NCBI GenBank assembly: GCA_963640685.1
Contig: CAVIAA010000004.1
Coordinates: forward strand, 543 to 64,542
DNA length: 64,000 bases
Direction of reading: 5' to 3'
From: Acutalibacteraceae bacterium
GTDB lineage: Bacteria; Bacillota; Clostridia; Christensenellales; CAG-138
Position numbers and translations under genes: made by a program. The notes under the pieces were generated by a model. It was not told the DNA's origin. It worked only from the letters and a program-made list of their open reading frames with translations, and searched no databases. This document shows positions 19,955-28,373 of the stretch, in pieces (within the stretch, counting starts at the first letter, position 1; each line of letters begins with the position of its first letter).

Positions 19955-20575
19955 ATGAAAAAGCTGATAATCGTACTTTGCATACTGCTTGCGCTGCCGC
20001 TCTCCGCCTGCGGCACAAAAAGGACCGAGGCCGAGGCGGAAAAGCAGGACGCCTCAGCCGAGCTGGACCCCGAATACCAGACCGGCGACACCTCCGAAAT
20101 ATCCTTCAGCTTTACCGACGACAGCGAGAGCCTTGAGTTTACCTCATACGACCTTGACGGCAACGAGATAAGCAGCAGTGACGTGTTCGCCGCGGCAGAT
20201 GTTACGATGGTAAACATATGGGGCACCTTCTGTTCCCCCTGCATATCCGAAATGCCGGATCTCGGCGAGCTGTCCAGGGAATACGCGGAGCGCGGCTTCC
20301 AGATACTCGGCGTTGTGTTTGACGTGACCGAGATAGGCAGCAGCACCGCAAAGGACGCGAAGGAGATAATCGAGGGCACGGGGGCGGACTACACCCACGT
20401 CATACTCAACGATGAGCTTGCAAAGCTCATGGGCAGCGAGGTGTTTGCAATACCCTCAACGCTGTTTGTGGATAAGGACGGCAGGATACTCACCTCGATG
20501 ATACTCGGCAGCAACTCAAAGGATCGCTGGGCAGCCGCCGCGGATAAGGTGCTGGAAAAGGCAAAGGCTGAATAA
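19955..20575 (+). CDS. TlpA-family thiol-disulfide oxidoreductase lipoprotein
   Basis: Lipoprotein signal LLALPLSAC. Thioredoxin-fold active site WGTFCSPC. Confidence 0.85.
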   Translation: MKKLIIVLCILLALPLSACGTKRTEAEAEKQDASAELDPEYQTGDTSEISFSFTDDSESLEFTSYDLDGNEISSSDVFAAADVTMVNIWGTFCSPCISEMPDLGELSREYAERGFQILGVVFDVTEIGSSTAKDAKEIIEGTGADYTHVILNDELAKLMGSEVFAIPSTLFVDKDGRILTSMILGSNSKDRWAAAADKVLEKAKAE

Positions 20576-20581
20576 AAAGCA

Positions 20582-20627
20582 TTGACAAAGCGATTATCCC
20601 TCTGTAATATGAGACTGACTCTCATAT
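20582..20627 (+). promoter_or_regulatory. Promoter (TTGACA-17-TAATAT) overlapped by palindrome ATATGAGA-N5-TCTCATAT
   Basis: -35 at 20582-20587 and -10 at 20605-20610. A perfect 8-bp inverted repeat at 20607-20627 spans the -10 and the start site of the fur-family/znu operon. Confidence 0.6.
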
Positions 20628-20642
20628 TCGGAGGGATTTTTT

Positions 20643-21047
20643 GTGTATAAGACCATACAGTATAAGAGCCTGTGCGATTTCTTTGAGCGGGGGGAAAAGG
20701 AGCAGTACACCTCGGAGGAGATAGCAACGGCGCTTGAGCAGTGCGGGGTCAGCCGCAGCACGGTATACCGCCAGCTCACGAAAATGACCGAGGCAGGGGA
20801 GCTTAGAAGGTTCCAGAGCGGCAGGCAGACGCTGTATCAATACGCCAACGCGACCGAGAGCTGCGGCAGCCACTTCCACTTAAAGTGCGAGAGCTGCGGC
20901 CGGCTCATTCACCTTGACTGCGAGAGCGCGGCGGAGTTTGCGCGGCACATTGCGGCAGGGCACGGGTTTGAACTGGATATGAAGCGGACGGTGCTGTACG
21001 GCGTATGCCGCCGCTGCGCCGAAAAAAAGGGGGATTTAAGTGAATAA
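20643..21047 (+). CDS. zur: Fur-family metalloregulator (probable Zur)
   Basis: GTG start after GGAGGGA. N-terminal winged helix (VSRSTVYRQLTKMTEAGEL). HFHLKCESCG and CRRC metal-site motifs. First gene of a znuABC-type operon. Confidence 0.8.
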   Translation: MYKTIQYKSLCDFFERGEKEQYTSEEIATALEQCGVSRSTVYRQLTKMTEAGELRRFQSGRQTLYQYANATESCGSHFHLKCESCGRLIHLDCESAAEFARHIAAGHGFELDMKRTVLYGVCRRCAEKKGDLSE

Positions 21048-21999
21048 CAGCATAAAAATAAAAAGGGGGCTGCTCTGTGCGGTGCTGTGCCTTGCGCTGC
21101 TCTGTGCGGGCTGCGCGGCAAATGAGGCGGAAGCAGCAACGACCTGTGGCCTTTCCATAGTTGCCGCAAACTTCCCCGCGTATGACTTTGCGCGCTCGGT
21201 CGCGGGCGCGGAGCAGGTTCGGCTGCTGCTGCCGCCGGGGAGCGAGGCGCACAGCTACGAGCCGACGCCAAAGGACGTAATAGCCATTCAGAGCTGCGAT
21301 CTGTTCATTTATGCCGGCGGGGAAAACGAGGAATGGGCGACGGACATGATACAGAGCCTTGAGCTGGGCAGCGAAAAAACCATCGCCATGCTGAACGTCG
21401 TTGAGCCGCTGGAGGAGGAGCGTGTCGAGGGCATGGAGCCGGAAAAGGGACACGAGCACGAAGACCACGAGGAATACGACGAGCACGTTTGGACATCACC
21501 AAAAAACGCCGCGCTGATAGTTCAGGCGATATGCGACAGGCTATGCGAAATATGCCCGGGCGAGGCGGAGCGGTTCAAGGCCGGCTGCGATGAGTACAAA
21601 GCTGAGCTTAGCAGGCTGGGCGGGGAATTTCGCACGGCGATAAGCAGCGCAAAGCGCAGAACGCTGGTATTTGCGGACAGGTTCCCCGCAAGGTACTTTA
21701 CCGAGGAATACGGCCTTAAGTACTACGCCGCCTTCCCCGGCTGCTCCGCCGAGAGCGAGGCCAGCCCAAAGACCGTCGCCTTCCTTATAGACAGGGTGCG
21801 CGAGGAGGGCATACCCGTCGTGTTCAAGGTTGAGCTCTCCAACGGCAGGATAGCCGAGGCGGTTGCGGAATCCACCGGCGCGAGGGTTCTGACATTCACA
21901 AGCTGTCATAACCTTACGAAGGAGGAGTTTGACTCCGGCGCAACGTACATATCCCTTATGAAACAAAACCTCGAGAGCATAAAGGAGGCGCTGAACTGA
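21040..21999 (+). CDS. znuA: Zinc ABC transporter substrate-binding protein (ZnuA/TroA cluster 9)
   Basis: Signal peptide with Cys. His/Asp/Glu-rich loop EKGHEHEDHEEYDEHVW typical of zinc-specific SBPs. Confidence 0.88.
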   Translation: MNNSIKIKRGLLCAVLCLALLCAGCAANEAEAATTCGLSIVAANFPAYDFARSVAGAEQVRLLLPPGSEAHSYEPTPKDVIAIQSCDLFIYAGGENEEWATDMIQSLELGSEKTIAMLNVVEPLEEERVEGMEPEKGHEHEDHEEYDEHVWTSPKNAALIVQAICDRLCEICPGEAERFKAGCDEYKAELSRLGGEFRTAISSAKRRTLVFADRFPARYFTEEYGLKYYAAFPGCSAESEASPKTVAFLIDRVREEGIPVVFKVELSNGRIAEAVAESTGARVLTFTSCHNLTKEEFDSGATYISLMKQNLESIKEALN

Positions 22000-22002
22000 A
22001 AA

Positions 22003-22701
22003 ATGGCACTTATAAGCTGCAAAAACGCCGCCTTTGCCTATGACGGGCACAAGGTGGTATCAAGCCTCAGCTTTTCTGTTGAGCCGGGGGATTATCTCTG
22101 CATAGTCGGCGAAAACGGGGCGGGCAAGAGCACCCTCGTAAAGGGGCTTTTAGGCTTTATAAGGCCTGTTGAGGGCAGCGTTGAGCGGGGCTGCGGCCTT
22201 AAGGAAAACGAGATAGGCTACCTTCCTCAGCAGACCGACCTTCAGCGGGATTTCCCCGCGAGCGTATACGAGGTGGTGCTTTCCGGCTGCCTTAACAGCC
22301 TTGGCAGCCGCCCGTTTTACTCCCGCGACCAGAAGGAGCGCGCGGAGGCGATGATGGATAGGCTGGGCATAGGCAATATAAGCCGCGCCTGCTACCGGGA
22401 GCTTTCCGGCGGGCAGCAGCGCCGCGCCCTGCTTGCCCGTGCGCTCTGCGCAACCCGCAAGCTGATACTCTTAGACGAGCCGACGACCGGGCTGGATCCG
22501 CTGGTAACGCTGGATATGTACCGGCTGATAGCCGACATAAACCACCACGACGGAATAACCGTAATTATGGTCTCGCACGACATACCCGCGGCGGTGAGCT
22601 ACGGCAGGCATATACTGCACCTAAGCTCTGGCGGTGCATACTGGGCAACGGCAGAGGAATACAAAAACAGCGCGCTCGGCCGCGCCTTTCTTGGGAGGTA
22701 G
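22003..22701 (+). CDS. znuC: Metal ABC transporter ATP-binding protein
   Basis: Walker A GENGAGKST, signature LSGGQQRR, Walker B LLDEPT. Confidence 0.9.
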   Translation: MALISCKNAAFAYDGHKVVSSLSFSVEPGDYLCIVGENGAGKSTLVKGLLGFIRPVEGSVERGCGLKENEIGYLPQQTDLQRDFPASVYEVVLSGCLNSLGSRPFYSRDQKERAEAMMDRLGIGNISRACYRELSGGQQRRALLARALCATRKLILLDEPTTGLDPLVTLDMYRLIADINHHDGITVIMVSHDIPAAVSYGRHILHLSSGGAYWATAEEYKNSALGRAFLGR

Positions 22702-22706
22702 CGCAG

Positions 22707-23543
22707 ATGGGCTATATACTGAACATGTTTTCCTATACATTTATGGTGCGGGCGCTGGTGGTTGGGCTGTTGGTCTCGCTCTGCGCCGCGCTGCTCGGCG
22801 TCAGCCTCGTGCTGAAGCGCTATTCAATGATAGGCGACGGGCTTTCCCACGTCGGCTTCGGGGCGCTTGCTGTCGCCTCGGTGCTGGGGCTGAATGAGCT
22901 CGGCGTTGCGATACCCGTCGTGATAGCGGCGGCGATACTGCTGCTTCGGCTGAGCAATACCGCGGCGATAAAGGGGGACGCGGCGATAGCGCTGATATCG
23001 ACCGGGGCGCTGGCGCTGGGCGTTCTGGTCATATCCGTGACCTCCGGCATGAATACCGACGTTATGAACTTCCTCTTCGGCAGCATACTCGCGATGAGCG
23101 AAGGCGACGTCGTTTTGAGCATTATTCTTTCGGCTGCGGTGCTGGTGCTCTTCGTGCTGTTTTACTGCCGAATGTTCGCCGTTACCTTTGACGAGAGCTT
23201 TGCAAGGGCGACCGGCGCAAACACCGGCCTGTACAACACCCTGCTCGCCTGCCTTACCGCCCTCACGATAGTGCTCGGCATGAGGATGATGGGGGCGCTG
23301 CTGATATCCAGCCTTATAATATTCCCGCCGCTCACCGCAATGCGGCTGTGCAAGACCTTTAAGAGCGTCGTCATATGCGCAGGTGCGCTCTCGGCGTTCT
23401 GCTTTACCGCGGGCATTATCATAAGCTTTGCCTGCTCAACGCCGACGGGGCCCAGCGTCGTTGCGGTAAATATACTCTGCTTCGGCGTGTTTTCGGCGCT
23501 TCGCGCCTTGCAAAAGGCGCCGCGCCGCGCTAAAATCAGGTAA
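22707..23543 (+). CDS. znuB: Metal ABC transporter permease (ABC-3 family)
   Basis: Polytopic membrane protein directly after znuC, with ABC-3-like organisation. Confidence 0.88.
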   Translation: MGYILNMFSYTFMVRALVVGLLVSLCAALLGVSLVLKRYSMIGDGLSHVGFGALAVASVLGLNELGVAIPVVIAAAILLLRLSNTAAIKGDAAIALISTGALALGVLVISVTSGMNTDVMNFLFGSILAMSEGDVVLSIILSAAVLVLFVLFYCRMFAVTFDESFARATGANTGLYNTLLACLTALTIVLGMRMMGALLISSLIIFPPLTAMRLCKTFKSVVICAGALSAFCFTAGIIISFACSTPTGPSVVAVNILCFGVFSALRALQKAPRRAKIR

Positions 23544-23575
23544 GAACGAATAAACACACAAAAGGAGAGGCTGAA

Positions 23576-24031
23576 ATGATAAACCACGAGGAAAAGACGC
23601 GGGAGCTGTTCCGCGAGGGGTATAACTGCGCGCAGGCCGTTTTCGGCGCGTTTTGCGATGTTACCGGGGTGGACTTTGAAACGGCGATAAAGCTGACCTC
23701 CGGCTTCGGCGCCGGAATGGGCGGAATGCGGGATACCTGCGGCGCCGTCAGCGGCATGTTCATGGTCGCGGATATGCTATACGGCTACACCGACCCCAAG
23801 GCCACGACGGAAAAGGCGGCGCACTATGCGACGATACGCAAGCTCGCGGAGGACTTTAAGGCGGAAAACGAAAGCCTTATGTGCCGCGACCTGCTCGCCT
23901 TCTGCAAAAAGGCGCAGCAGCCGATGGAGCGCACCGACGCATACTACGGCGAGCGCCCCTGCACCCGGCTGGTAATGGACGCGGCAAAGCTGCTGGATGC
24001 GCTAATCGCCGAGCGGGGGCTGAATAAATAA
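23576..24031 (+). CDS. C_GCAxxG_C_C family (putative redox-active) protein
   Basis: EGYNCAQAVFGAF motif plus downstream GG..DTCGAVSG and conserved Cys residues. Confidence 0.8.
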   Translation: MINHEEKTRELFREGYNCAQAVFGAFCDVTGVDFETAIKLTSGFGAGMGGMRDTCGAVSGMFMVADMLYGYTDPKATTEKAAHYATIRKLAEDFKAENESLMCRDLLAFCKKAQQPMERTDAYYGERPCTRLVMDAAKLLDALIAERGLNK

Positions 24032-24732
24032 TGCTCATAAACGGCCTTCAGACCCTTACCCTGCTGGATTACCCGGGCAGGGTGGCCTGCACCGTGTTCA
24101 CCGGCGGCTGCAACCTGCGCTGCCCCTTTTGCCACAACGGCAGCCTTGTTCTGCACCCCGACGAGGGGGAGCAGATACCCGAGGAGAGCTTCTTTGAGCT
24201 GCTCAAAAGGCGGCGCGGGGTGCTTGAGGGGGTATGCATAACCGGCGGGGAGCCTACTATGGCATTCGGCCTTGAGCCGTTCATGGCGAAAATTAAGGAG
24301 CTCGGCTTTCTGGTAAAGCTGGATACCAACGGCACCCGACCGAGGGCGATAAGGCGGATACTGGACGCAGGACTTGCGGATATGATTGCCATGGACATAA
24401 AAAACAGCCTTGAAAAGTACCCGCTCACCTGCGGCGTTCCGGGCTTTGACACGGCGCCCGTGCGCGAGAGCATTTCGCTCATAATGCAGAGCGGGGTGAG
24501 CCACGAGTTTCGGACTACCGTAGTACGCGAGCTGCACACGCCGGAGGATATACGCTCCATTGCGCGGCTGATACAGGGCGCGGAGGGGTACTTCCTTCAG
24601 CCGTACCGCGATTCCGGCGACATACTGCGCGGCGGCTGCACCCGCCACACGGATAACGAGCTGCGCGCGCTGCTCTCTGCCGCGCGGGAATATATGCCCA
24701 ATGCAAAGCTGCGCGGCGTTGAGCTGCCATAA
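24031..24732 (+). CDS. nrdG: Anaerobic ribonucleoside-triphosphate reductase activating protein (radical SAM)
   Basis: LLDYPGRVACTVFTGGCNLRCPFCHN cluster motif. The ATG overlaps the preceding stop (TAATG). Confidence 0.9.
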   Translation: MLINGLQTLTLLDYPGRVACTVFTGGCNLRCPFCHNGSLVLHPDEGEQIPEESFFELLKRRRGVLEGVCITGGEPTMAFGLEPFMAKIKELGFLVKLDTNGTRPRAIRRILDAGLADMIAMDIKNSLEKYPLTCGVPGFDTAPVRESISLIMQSGVSHEFRTTVVRELHTPEDIRSIARLIQGAEGYFLQPYRDSGDILRGGCTRHTDNELRALLSAAREYMPNAKLRGVELP

Positions 24733-24742
24733 GCAAACAGCA

Positions 24743-24819
24743 CCACTATATGTTGTGGTGCTGTTTTTATATATACAATATCTTGTTTTATACTATTGCC
24801 AACGCACTATATATATGTT
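24743..24819 (+). promoter_or_regulatory. Three candidate NrdR boxes upstream of nrdD
   Basis: CCACTATATGTTGTGG (24743-58), ATACAATATCTTGTTT (24773-88) and GCACTATATATATGTT (24804-19) resemble the acaCwAtATaTwGtgt NrdR consensus. Centres are 30 and 31 bp apart. Confidence 0.6.
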
Positions 24820-24891
24820 ATGATGTAATTGTTCTTATATTGATAATCATTTAGTGATTTCTGTCTTTGGCAGAGAAAGGGCTGTTTTAAA

Positions 24892-27255
24892 ATGTATCGG
24901 GTAATAAAAAGGGATAATTCCGTTGCGGAATTTGACATCAATAAAATAAGGGACGCTATAATCAAGGCGTTTGAGGCGACCGAGAAGCAATACAACAGCA
25001 GCGTCATAGACCTGCTTGCGCTGAAGGTCACGGCGGACTTTGAGCCCAAGATAAAGGACGGCCTCATAGCGGTTGAGGACGTTCAGGACAGTGTTGAGGC
25101 GGTGCTCAGTCAGGCGGGGTATATAGACGTTGCCAAGGCGTACATACTCTACCGCAAGCAGCGGGAAAAGCTGCGCAACATGAAGTCCACAATACTGGAC
25201 TATAAGGAGACGGTAAACAACTACCTCAACATAACCGACTGGCGGGTAAAGGAGAACTCGACCGTTACCTACTCCGTAGGCGGGCTGATACTCTCCAACA
25301 GCGGCGCGATAACCGCGAACTACTGGCTCTCCGAGGTATACGACGAGGAGATAGCCAACGCGCACAGGAACGCCGATATACACATACACGACCTTTCCAT
25401 GCTTACGGGGTACTGTGCCGGCTGGTCGCTCCGTCAGCTCATAAAAGAGGGATTGGGCGGCGTTACCGGCAAGATAAACAGCAAGCCGGCAAAGCACCTT
25501 GCCTCGCTCTGCAACCAGATGGTGAACTTCCTCGGCATAATGCAGAACGAATGGGCGGGGGCGCAGGCCTTCAGCTCCTTCGATACCTACCTTGCCCCCT
25601 TTGTAAAGGCGGACGATATGCCGTATGACTCTGTAAAGAAGTGCATCGAGTCCTTCATATACGGCGTGAACACCCCGAGCCGCTGGGGAACGCAGGCGCC
25701 CTTCAGCAACATCACGCTGGACTGGACTGTTCCCGCGGACCTTGCGGAGCAGTATGCGATAGTCGGCGGCGAGGAGATGCCGTTTAAGTACAAGGACTGC
25801 AAGAAGGAAATGGACATGGTGAACAAGGCGTTCATCGAGACCATGATAGAGGGGGACGCAAACGGCCGCGGCTTCCAGTACCCCATACCGACCTACTCCA
25901 TAACCCGCGACTTTGACTGGAGCCCGACCGAGAACAACCGCCTGCTCTTTGAAATGACCGCAAAGTACGGCACGCCGTACTTCAGCAACTATATAAACAG
26001 CGATATGGAGCCCTCGGATGTGCGAAGCATGTGCTGCCGCCTCCGGCTTGACCTGCGTGAGCTTCGCAAAAAGAGCGGCGGCTTCTTCGGCAGCGGCGAA
26101 TCCACCGGCTCGGTCGGCGTGGTGACCATAAACCTGCCGAGGATCGCCTACCTTTCGCAAAACGAGGAGGAGTTCTATCAGCGTCTTGATCGCATGATGG
26201 ACATTTCCGCCCGCAGCCTGCATACAAAGCGCCAGATAATAACAAGGCTTATGAACGAGGGGCTGTATCCCTATACCAAGCGCTACCTCGGCAGCTTTGA
26301 CAACCACTTTTCCACCATCGGCCTCGTCGGCATGAACGAGGCAGGGCTCAACGCCAAGTGGATACGCGCAGACATGACCGACCCCAGGACGCAGCAGTTT
26401 GCAAAGAACGTGCTCAACCACATGCGGGAGCGGCTCAGCGACTACCAGGAGCAGTACGGCGGCGAGCTGTATAACCTCGAGGCGACGCCTGCCGAGTCCA
26501 CCGCCTTCCGCCTTGCAAAGCACGACAGGAAGCGCTACCCCGATATCATCACCGCCGGCGGCAAAAACGGCGACGCGCCGTACTACACCAACAGCTCGCA
26601 CCTGCCTGTCGGCTTCTCGGAGGATATATTCGCAGCGCTGGATATTCAGGACGAGCTGCAGACGCTGTACACCAGCGGAACGGTATTCCACGCCTTCCTC
26701 GGTGAAAAGCTGCCGAGCTGGGAATCCGCGGCAAAGCTGGTAAAGACCATTGCCGAGAACTACAGGCTGCCCTATTATACCCTCTCACCCACCTACTCCG
26801 TTTGCCCAACGCACGGCTACCTTGCGGGCGAGCACTTCACCTGCCCGCACTGCGGCCACAATGCCGAGGTATACAGCCGCATCACCGGCTACTACCGCCC
26901 CGTTCAAAACTGGAACGACGGCAAAAGCCAGGAATACCGCGAGCGCAGGGAGTATGACGTTGCGGGCGGCTCGACGTGGCCCGCAGAAAAAAATCAGGCG
27001 GAGCAGAAGGCCGCGCCGGCAGCCGGCCGGATGATGCTCTTTACCACCAGAACCTGCCCGAACTGCGCGGCGGCAAAGGAGCGGCTCAACGCCGCAGGTA
27101 TCCGCTATGAGATAATAGACGCGGAGGAGAACCCCGAGCTTGCGGCAAAATACGGCCTCAGGCAGGCGCCGACCCTCATCATCGAGGGCGAAGCCGGGGT
27201 GCAGAAGCTATCCGGCATCGCAAGCGTGCTCAAGTTTACCGAGCAGGCAGTATAA
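24892..27255 (+). CDS. nrdD: Anaerobic (class III) ribonucleoside-triphosphate reductase with fused C-terminal thioredoxin/NrdH-like CPNC domain
   Basis: ATP-cone MYRVIKRDNSVAEFDINKI. Zn ribbon CPTHGY..CPHCG. Glycyl-radical motif SRITGYYRPV. A 74-aa extension MMLFTTRTCPNCAAAKERL...APTLII occupies nt 27031-27252. Confidence 0.92.
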   Translation: MYRVIKRDNSVAEFDINKIRDAIIKAFEATEKQYNSSVIDLLALKVTADFEPKIKDGLIAVEDVQDSVEAVLSQAGYIDVAKAYILYRKQREKLRNMKSTILDYKETVNNYLNITDWRVKENSTVTYSVGGLILSNSGAITANYWLSEVYDEEIANAHRNADIHIHDLSMLTGYCAGWSLRQLIKEGLGGVTGKINSKPAKHLASLCNQMVNFLGIMQNEWAGAQAFSSFDTYLAPFVKADDMPYDSVKKCIESFIYGVNTPSRWGTQAPFSNITLDWTVPADLAEQYAIVGGEEMPFKYKDCKKEMDMVNKAFIETMIEGDANGRGFQYPIPTYSITRDFDWSPTENNRLLFEMTAKYGTPYFSNYINSDMEPSDVRSMCCRLRLDLRELRKKSGGFFGSGESTGSVGVVTINLPRIAYLSQNEEEFYQRLDRMMDISARSLHTKRQIITRLMNEGLYPYTKRYLGSFDNHFSTIGLVGMNEAGLNAKWIRADMTDPRTQQFAKNVLNHMRERLSDYQEQYGGELYNLEATPAESTAFRLAKHDRKRYPDIITAGGKNGDAPYYTNSSHLPVGFSEDIFAALDIQDELQTLYTSGTVFHAFLGEKLPSWESAAKLVKTIAENYRLPYYTLSPTYSVCPTHGYLAGEHFTCPHCGHNAEVYSRITGYYRPVQNWNDGKSQEYRERREYDVAGGSTWPAEKNQAEQKAAPAAGRMMLFTTRTCPNCAAAKERLNAAGIRYEIIDAEENPELAAKYGLRQAPTLIIEGEAGVQKLSGIASVLKFTEQAV

Positions 27256-27294
27256 TAAGCAAAGCAAAAGGCCGGGCATCATAAGACAGCTAGC

Positions 27295-27328
27295 GGGAAC
27301 GGCAGTATGCTCTGCTGTTCCCGTTCTT
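27295..27328 (+). terminator. Rho-independent terminator after nrdD
   Basis: GGGAACGGCAG-tatgct-CTGCTGTTCCC followed by GTTCTTGT. Confidence 0.55.
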
Positions 27329-27350
27329 GTATCATTTGATTTCGCGTGAG

Positions 27351-27490
27351 CCTCCCCTTACCTCTCCCTTTGGGAGAGGTGGCCGAGCGCAGCGAGGACG
27401 GAGAGGGCAAACCGTGATCATTCCAAACCAAATAAGCCTGCAAGACCCTCTCAGTCACCTGCGGTGACAGCTCTCCCAACGGGAGAGCCA
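27351..27490. repeat. MITE/REP-like intergenic hairpin element
   Basis: Two copies of the CTCTCCC-N3-GGGAGAG hairpin (27362-27378 and 27471-27487), plus GTCACC-tgc-GGTGAC (27454-27468). No credible coding potential. Confidence 0.45.
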
Positions 27491-27615
27491 GGGGGCTGTA
27501 CCCCGTATAGCATGTTGGCATGAGAAATGGAGCGTATCTGTACCGATACGCTCCATTAACTGTTTTACGACCGCCTGTCTAAAGGGAACAGCCTTATTTT
27601 ATCAGTTCAAAAGTG

Positions 27616-28353
27616 TCAATGCCCGGCAGGCTTGCGCTCCATCTGATCCTTTTCAAACGTCAGGTCTGCCCGAAGCAGGTCTGTGAATATCACCAGCAGC
27701 ACCAGCACCGCGCCCCAGACTGCCCTGCCGTAGAACACGCCGCAGAGTATAGTCGATATGACCCCGCCCACGACGAACGCCGAGAGCATCATCACATGCA
27801 GCAGAAACCTGTGCCGGTATACCGGGTTTTCGCCGTGCCGCCGCCACTTTACAAAGTTTACGCCGGTCTGCCGCAGGTGGTTGGTGCAGAAGGTGGTAGC
27901 CATAGGCACGCTGTCCGTCTGGCGGAAGGTATTATACTGCATCGAGCAGATGAGGTTTATGGTCACCTGAGATATCTGAAACGGCGCGCTGTCAGGTATA
28001 AAGCCCAGCAGCAGCAGCACCAGCGCCTCAATGCCGACCAGCACGGTATCCCACCTGAGCAGGTGAAGGCGGTTTACCCTTTTCGGTATCCACTCCGAAA
28101 GCACCGTGCCCGTAAAGTATGCGGTCATGGGTATTATGTAATACGCCGCCTGCGCCCATTTTCCGCCGCCCAGCGCCATTGCGAAGAGCACAAAGTTTGC
28201 GGTCTGCGCGTTGCAGAATACGCCGCCGCGAACGGCGTAGGTGTATGCACCGAGATACCCGCCGGTAAGCATCAGCAGCAGGTATATCCATGTCTTTTCG
28301 CATTCCAGCCTGGTATCCTCCGAGCTGTGAATGATCTTAGCGAATTGCTTCAT
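27616..28353 (-). CDS. YoaK/DUF1275 family membrane protein
   Basis: LLLMLTGGYLGAYTYAVRGGVFCNAQTANFVLF is the typical DUF1275 N-terminal pattern. About 6 TM. Confidence 0.8.
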   Translation of the reverse strand: MKQFAKIIHSSEDTRLECEKTWIYLLLMLTGGYLGAYTYAVRGGVFCNAQTANFVLFAMALGGGKWAQAAYYIIPMTAYFTGTVLSEWIPKRVNRLHLLRWDTVLVGIEALVLLLLGFIPDSAPFQISQVTINLICSMQYNTFRQTDSVPMATTFCTNHLRQTGVNFVKWRRHGENPVYRHRFLLHVMMLSAFVVGGVISTILCGVFYGRAVWGAVLVLLVIFTDLLRADLTFEKDQMERKPAGH

Positions 28354-28373
28354 TTTCGTTTGCCAAAGCCCCG

